From the IMG/VR virus record IMGVR_UViG_3300005512_002795, positions 1 through 30,816 of that record: DNA of 30,816 nucleotides; one strand, written 5' to 3'. Below the pieces are notes generated by a model that did no database searches, was not told the origin of the DNA, and saw nothing but the letters and a program-made list of their open reading frames with translations. Source of the stretch: a virus (lineage: Duplodnaviria > Caudoviricetes). The translations under genes and the position numbers were made by a program. Shown piece by piece: positions 26,457 to 30,816 of this stretch (the stretch's first letter is position 1; every line of letters begins with the position of its first letter).

Positions 26457-26879
26457 TTAAGCACTCTTGTAAGCGTCTAGTGTTTTTTGAAACTTACCTG
26501 CGTGTGATTTCTCTGCTTTGGCTAGTGTTTCAAACCAATCAGCGATTTCATCAAACCCTTCTTCTCTGGCTGTTCTTGCCATGCCTGGATACATGTCTGT
26601 ATACTCATGTATCTCACCTTTGATAGCAGATGAAAGATTTTGTTCGGTGCTACCCATAGGTTCACCTGTAGCAGGATCTCCCACTTCTTCTAAGTATTCT
26701 AGATGTCCGTGTGCGTGTCCTGTTTCACCTTCTGCTGTGCTTCTAAACACTTGTGCCACTTCATTGGCACCTTCTATATCTGCCTTCTGTGCGAAGTAAA
26801 GATATCTTCTGTTGGCTTCCGATTCGCCTTGAAATGCGGCTCGTAAGTTTTCAGATGTTTTTGTTCCTTTTAAACTCAT
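26457..26879 (-). CDS. rbr: Rubrerythrin (short, di-iron ferritin-like)
   Basis: AFQGESEANRRY, ETGHAHGH, GEIHEYTDMYP and AEKSHA. Confidence 0.92.
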   Translation of the reverse strand: MSLKGTKTSENLRAAFQGESEANRRYLYFAQKADIEGANEVAQVFRSTAEGETGHAHGHLEYLEEVGDPATGEPMGSTEQNLSSAIKGEIHEYTDMYPGMARTAREEGFDEIADWFETLAKAEKSHAGKFQKTLDAYKSA

Positions 26880-26902
26880 AAGTTCTCCTTGTGTAAGCCT
26901 AC

Positions 26903-26931
26903 ATTGTACTTAATTTTTACGGAGATGTCAA
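26903..26931 (-). promoter_or_regulatory. Sigma70-type promoter TTGACA-N17-TACAAT
   Basis: -35 at 26926-26931 and -10 at 26903-26908; AAGGAG SD follows. Confidence 0.75.
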
Positions 26932-26933
26932 GT

Positions 26934-27587
26934 TTATTTTTTGGCTGGACTGTCTTTTTCTTGATAGAAATAATCGTTGGAATCACCAAAAGTTACTGTG
27001 CTTTCATTTTCGCAGAAAAACTCTTTGGTACTGACTTGGAAGTCTGGTCTTTTCAATTCTGATGGTGTGAGCGATTGTTCAAACCAAAGCATTCTATTGT
27101 TGGGTTGAGCAAAGTATTGTCCATTTTCCAGTCTACCAAAATTGTGTTGTTTGTGTTCTGATGGTACTTCTGATACTCCTGTGTTCACAGTGTTAGGATC
27201 ACCGTGACAAGCATCAATGGTAAAAAGATATTCACCTTTCATTCTGCCGCCACCGTTCAACATGATTTCCACATCACAATTTTTCAACATTGATTTGGTC
27301 CATACCTGAATGTTAGAACTGAATGAATCCCACAGTTCCAGTGTGCCAAGTGGTAATTGTTCTTCTTCTTTGATGTCTGTTCTCCAAACAAATGCTGATA
27401 TTGGAAATTTATCGTAGCAGGCACCATACTCTGGCAAGTATGCTTCAAACATCAGTGCTCTGCCTTGAACCGATTTGACTGCTATTAAGACTGCTTCAAT
27501 GAATTCACCATGCCCACGCTGGAAGTCGTGTACGTATTCTTTTCTTACCCAACACTTGATGTATGGTACATTCGCAACAAAGTTCAA
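26934..27587 (-). CDS. Hypothetical phage protein
   Basis: 217-aa ORF with TTG start; EHKQHN and GQYFAQPNNR motifs. Late-promoter motif upstream. Confidence 0.75.
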   Translation of the reverse strand: MNFVANVPYIKCWVRKEYVHDFQRGHGEFIEAVLIAVKSVQGRALMFEAYLPEYGACYDKFPISAFVWRTDIKEEEQLPLGTLELWDSFSSNIQVWTKSMLKNCDVEIMLNGGGRMKGEYLFTIDACHGDPNTVNTGVSEVPSEHKQHNFGRLENGQYFAQPNNRMLWFEQSLTPSELKRPDFQVSTKEFFCENESTVTFGDSNDYFYQEKDSPAKK

Positions 27588-27624
27588 GACACAGCCCTCT
27601 CATGGTTTAAATAATAACTGTGTG

Positions 27625-27631
27625 TATTTAT
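27625..27631 (-). promoter_or_regulatory. T4-like late promoter motif (ATAAATA)
   Basis: Intergenic AATAAATAC. Confidence 0.55.
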
Positions 27632-27638
27632 TGGATTT

Positions 27639-28793
27639 TTATTTTTTCTTGATTGGTACGCAGTTGTCTACTCGCTTGCCACCCTTCATCTTGGTGCCCA
27701 TTCTCTTGTAGCCTTTCCAACACACTTTACCGTCCACACCTTTTTGCTTTTCTGCTTCGTCCAGTGTTTCCCATGTTGGTTTGCCACAATCCTTGCAAGT
27801 GTTTTTAGACTCTTTCAATTTGGATTGAAGTTTGTTAGTTAATGATTCTTTGTAATCAATTGATGCTGTTTGTGGCTGTGCTTGTGTTTGTGGTTTTGCT
27901 TGTGGTTCTGGAGATAGATCCACTTTGCCTAATTCTTGAGCAACTTTTGTGAGGTTTGCTTTTAATGTGTTGGCATCAACTTTTCCTTTTGGTGGAAACA
28001 TTTTTTTAATATCACCTTGGGCATCCATTCTTTGAAATGCTTCAGGATGTTTAGGCTGAACAAATTTTCTTAAATATGCCGCCACTAAATCTGTCGGATA
28101 ACCTTGACTTACGTCTGTTTGGTTCATTCCTGCCACAGTATTAATATCTCTAAACAATGTCTGCATTTGAACGTTTGCTTGATCATCTGCTTGTACTTTT
28201 GCCGCAGTTGCCGGATCAAACAATGCTTTTACACTGTTAGGGGTAATTGCTCTACCGGCCGCTTTAATTGTATCTAACCAACCTTCATCTAGGTATGTTA
28301 CAGTTTCAGACATCATTTCGTATTCCATGTAGTGATACACAGAACTCAAATAGTCTGATGCTTTGGTGATCTTTGCCGCTACCCAACCTTCTAAACCTTG
28401 CTGTTCAGAAACTTGTTTTAACATTTCATGCAGTTTGATTGAATATTTTGCCGCTTTGTATAAATCTGATCTTGCCATCTGCACTTCGTGATCCATCTCG
28501 GCTTTTTGTGCCATCAGTGCTAGGTCTTCTTTCACAGACATTGATTCATCTTGTATCAATTCTGCTTGGTGTTTTTGTAAATCTTTGATGTTGTTGAATG
28601 TGCCAGTAAGTTTACCATTTCTGTATGAGTAGAATTTGCCATTAATTGCTTTCGCAGTCAATCCATATTTGTTCATTTCATTCTTGATATCTTTCTTTTC
28701 ATCTGAAGAATGACCAAAAGTCTTGTGAACCAATTTGTCTAAATCTTTGTGAAATTTGTCTACTTCTTTTTTGGTTAAATCTGAGTGTTTCAT
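27639..28793 (-). CDS. Modular late protein, probable internal head protein
   Basis: Short modules separated by L/V-x-E sites; C-terminal CWKGYKRMGTKMKGGKRVDNCVP module. Confidence 0.6.
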   Translation of the reverse strand: MKHSDLTKKEVDKFHKDLDKLVHKTFGHSSDEKKDIKNEMNKYGLTAKAINGKFYSYRNGKLTGTFNNIKDLQKHQAELIQDESMSVKEDLALMAQKAEMDHEVQMARSDLYKAAKYSIKLHEMLKQVSEQQGLEGWVAAKITKASDYLSSVYHYMEYEMMSETVTYLDEGWLDTIKAAGRAITPNSVKALFDPATAAKVQADDQANVQMQTLFRDINTVAGMNQTDVSQGYPTDLVAAYLRKFVQPKHPEAFQRMDAQGDIKKMFPPKGKVDANTLKANLTKVAQELGKVDLSPEPQAKPQTQAQPQTASIDYKESLTNKLQSKLKESKNTCKDCGKPTWETLDEAEKQKGVDGKVCWKGYKRMGTKMKGGKRVDNCVPIKKK

Positions 28794-28798
28794 ATTGA

Positions 28799-28805
28799 TA
28801 TTTAT
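28799..28805 (-). promoter_or_regulatory. T4-like late promoter motif (ATAAATA)
   Basis: GATAAATATC, 5 nt upstream of ATG 28793. Confidence 0.55.
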
Positions 28806-29032
28806 CTCTTTATTGGAGCACCAAATATTGAGGTGCCTTTCATGTCCAGTGCGTTATCAGTGGGTTTTTGCATCTTGGCTTTGGGTGGATTAGCCGGCAT
28901 ACCTTTTTTACCATAGGCATCACGTGCTTTTTTGTTGCCAATAGCAATGTGTGGATTAGCCACAGTGGCTATATTGCCGGATGATGTGGCACCTGCTGAT
29001 GCTACTTCTGATATGATATCTCTTATACGCAT
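28802..29032 (-). CDS. Small late protein, probable internal head protein
   Basis: Likely start MRIRDIISE (ATG 29032); TAAATA motif at 29038-29043. Confidence 0.65.
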   Translation of the reverse strand: MRIRDIISEVASAGATSSGNIATVANPHIAIGNKKARDAYGKKGMPANPPKAKMQKPTDNALDMKGTSIFGAPIKR

Positions 29033-29036
29033 ACAG

Positions 29037-29219
29037 TTATTTACCGTGTTTGTATAGATTTTTAACACGTTTAGACGTGCTGTATTTGGCGTGTGGAACC
29101 TTTAGATTCTTTTTGCCATATATGTCGCCCACTTTGTGGGTGTATACCAGCATTTCAGGATCCAAACCATAATGATAGTCCACACGGGCTTCTACCATTT
29201 TGATGTCCTTGTAACGCAT
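29037..29219 (-). CDS. Small basic late protein
   Basis: 60 aa starting MRYKDIKMVE. Confidence 0.6.
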   Translation of the reverse strand: MRYKDIKMVEARVDYHYGLDPEMLVYTHKVGDIYGKKNLKVPHAKYSTSKRVKNLYKHGK

Positions 29220-29221
29220 CT

Positions 29222-29311
29222 TTAGAATTTTTTTCTAATGTTGTCGATCACAACTCTCAATTTTGAGAATTTGTACCAACCATTTAGTTTCTTTTTAAAT
29301 TTCTTCCACAT
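29222..29311 (-). CDS. 29-aa cationic peptide
   Basis: Manual translation MWKKFKKKLNGWYKFSKLRVVIDNIRKKF*; fills the intergenic gap almost exactly. Confidence 0.5.
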   Translation of the reverse strand: MWKKFKKKLNGWYKFSKLRVVIDNIRKKF

Positions 29312-29314
29312 GGT

Positions 29315-29557
29315 TTATAACATTTTTTTAAGATTCAAAATAGCATTGTCAATGATTGCTCTGTGGTCATAACTGCCACCTGAACCCACTTCACCTTCAC
29401 CTGATTTCAGTGCGTCAAGACCTTCCACATATTTTGCTTCAGTGATGTCGCCTGCTTCGAATCTGCTTTTTAATGATAAAATAGAAGAAGCAGTTTCTTT
29501 AACCCAACCTGATTTTGAGTCACGTGCTTCTATTAATCTTTCTATAAATTGTGCCAT
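29315..29557 (-). CDS. Hypothetical protein
   Basis: 80 aa with AAGGA SD; ATAAATA at 29581-29587 upstream. Confidence 0.7.
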   Translation of the reverse strand: MAQFIERLIEARDSKSGWVKETASSILSLKSRFEAGDITEAKYVEGLDALKSGEGEVGSGGSYDHRAIIDNAILNLKKML

Positions 29558-29583
29558 TGTTAGTTCCTTTTGTTTGTATGTAT

Positions 29584-29901
29584 TTATTTAGATTTGCTTT
29601 TGCCAGACTTCATATTAGCACACCAGTGGTACATCTTGCCCTTTTCACCACCATATTTTTTGGCTTTGGCTCTCAATGATGTGACAGAACCAGCACAACT
29701 GGCCCCTGCTTTCTTCACTCTGCCTGGACGTGATTTTCCCTTAACTTTGCCATCTGCAAAGTTTTCATTGGCTTTGTTGTTGCCCACGTTTTTGAATCCA
29801 TATCTATTGTTAGGACCGTAACCTTTTTTGTGAATCAATCCCATGGGTTTTGCTGTATGGGGCATCACACGATTACGTTCTACAATGTCTCTGATCTTCA
29901 T
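29584..29901 (-). CDS. Basic late protein, probable internal head protein
   Basis: Starts MKIRDIVE; Lys/Gly-rich. Confidence 0.65.
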   Translation of the reverse strand: MKIRDIVERNRVMPHTAKPMGLIHKKGYGPNNRYGFKNVGNNKANENFADGKVKGKSRPGRVKKAGASCAGSVTSLRAKAKKYGGEKGKMYHWCANMKSGKSKSK

Positions 29902-30626
29902 TATCGCAACTGTGGTGGGCGACCTTTATTATCCAATTTGAATCCAAACTTTGCCGCTTGACGTTTTGTTTCGCCTGGCTTCACATCCACTGTGGTATTC
30001 TGTTTGGTAATTATGCCCACACCGCCTTCCTTAACCATGTGTTTTTGTTTGTAAGTTTCTAAACCTGCTTTAATTTTTGCTAAAGAATCTCTATTGGCTT
30101 GATACAGTATTCCAAATCCGCCAGCACCTTGCCAACGGTCTATGTTGATAGGCCTATCGTCAATCAATATGTTTGCTTGTTTGGTTTTCTTGTCCACAGC
30201 ATAAGATTCTTTTCTTCCTGTGATTATGATATCTTTTGGTTGCTCAATGTTTTTGCTGATCCAAACTTTTTTCCATTTGGCTGAATTGGTGTTGTCTCCT
30301 CTCAGCGGAGATGAACATATGGAAAATGTTCCACCTGTAAATTCTTTAACCATCTTGATCAATTGGTCAGCAGTGGGAAATTTTGGCAGTGTTTCAAAAA
30401 AGTTAGTGCCTGTGATACGATTGATAACTTCTGCTTTTAAATCTTTGGTTCTGTCTGAAGTTAATTCTTTCCAGTGATCAACACCATACAATTTTTCAAT
30501 ACCACCAAAGAAGTCAGCCATAACTCCATCCATATCAAGATAGACGATTGGTTTTGGTTCCATGTCTTCATTATACAACCTTTTGTTGTGATTGTCAACC
30601 TTGGGTTCCAAATCCAAAACACGCAT
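29901..30626 (-). CDS. HAD 5'(3')-deoxyribonucleotidase (NT5C-like) with N- and C-terminal extensions
   Basis: YLDMDGVMADF, CSSP, KKVWI and ILIDD motifs. Confidence 0.8.
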   Translation of the reverse strand: MRVLDLEPKVDNHNKRLYNEDMEPKPIVYLDMDGVMADFFGGIEKLYGVDHWKELTSDRTKDLKAEVINRITGTNFFETLPKFPTADQLIKMVKEFTGGTFSICSSPLRGDNTNSAKWKKVWISKNIEQPKDIIITGRKESYAVDKKTKQANILIDDRPINIDRWQGAGGFGILYQANRDSLAKIKAGLETYKQKHMVKEGGVGIITKQNTTVDVKPGETKRQAAKFGFKLDNKGRPPQLR

Positions 30627-30816
30627 TAATTGAATCCTAAATGTGTGACTTCCGGATATTTGGCTTTGATTTTTCTGGCTAGTTCGTTGTGGAGTTTTAC
30701 CTGTCTATTCATGTATCCTTCAGGTCTTCCACCAGATATCATGGTTGGGCCACCTGGATTTTTATCAACAGTGGGTTCCTCTTCTGGTGACTGTTTTCCA
30801 ATATTCTTTTTTAACC
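30626..30816 (-). CDS. 3' end of a hypothetical protein (partial)
   Basis: Open frame ...GGPTMISGGRPEGYMNRQVKLHNELARKIKAKYPEVTHLGFN*, with a TAATG overlap with the next gene. Confidence 0.6.
   Translation of the reverse strand, partial: LKKNIGKQSPEEEPTVDKNPGGPTMISGGRPEGYMNRQVKLHNELARKIKAKYPEVTHLGFN

Noticed and set aside
34-30477. All plus-strand ORFs in the track
   Set aside because: They are antisense shadows of well-supported minus-strand genes, with no motifs or RBS.
1-30816. tRNA, rRNA, CRISPR array, integrase/IS elements, alternative genetic code
   Set aside because: Intergenic gaps are short and explained by promoters, hairpins or small ORFs. Genes are full-length under the standard code.

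Overview
AT-rich segment of a large T4-like (myovirus-type) bacteriophage genome, with every credible gene on the minus strand. Reading in the direction of transcription (right to left) it contains five blocks. (1) Late genes resembling internal head proteins, including a HAD 5'-nucleotidase. (2) Auxiliary genes: rubrerythrin, a DsbA-like DNA-binding protein, a HAD phosphatase and GMP reductase. (3) A replication module: family-B DNA polymerase, DEDDh exonuclease and sliding clamp. (4) A ~11 kb DNA-modification cluster: a TGT-fold/DpdA-like transglycosylase, two oxidoreductases, a QueD-like T-fold protein with a DpdL-type motif, a glycosyltransferase, ClpP, an MBD4-like glycosylase, a purine PRTase, a HIT protein, two SGNH-like proteins, FolE and QueE. 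(5) RNase H, a truncated GIY-YIG homing endonuclease, a MoxR AAA+/vWA-metallopeptidase pair, a tail-fibre-like gene and a partial SDR. The main candidate for a new system is a 7-deazaguanine pathway coupled to sugar-modifying enzymes, which might make a glycosylated deazaguanine base. Sigma70 and T4-late promoters, a tandem-hairpin operator upstream of the polymerase and several small ORFs missing from the ORF track were read directly from the sequence. All protein calls rest on motif recognition; no database search was run.
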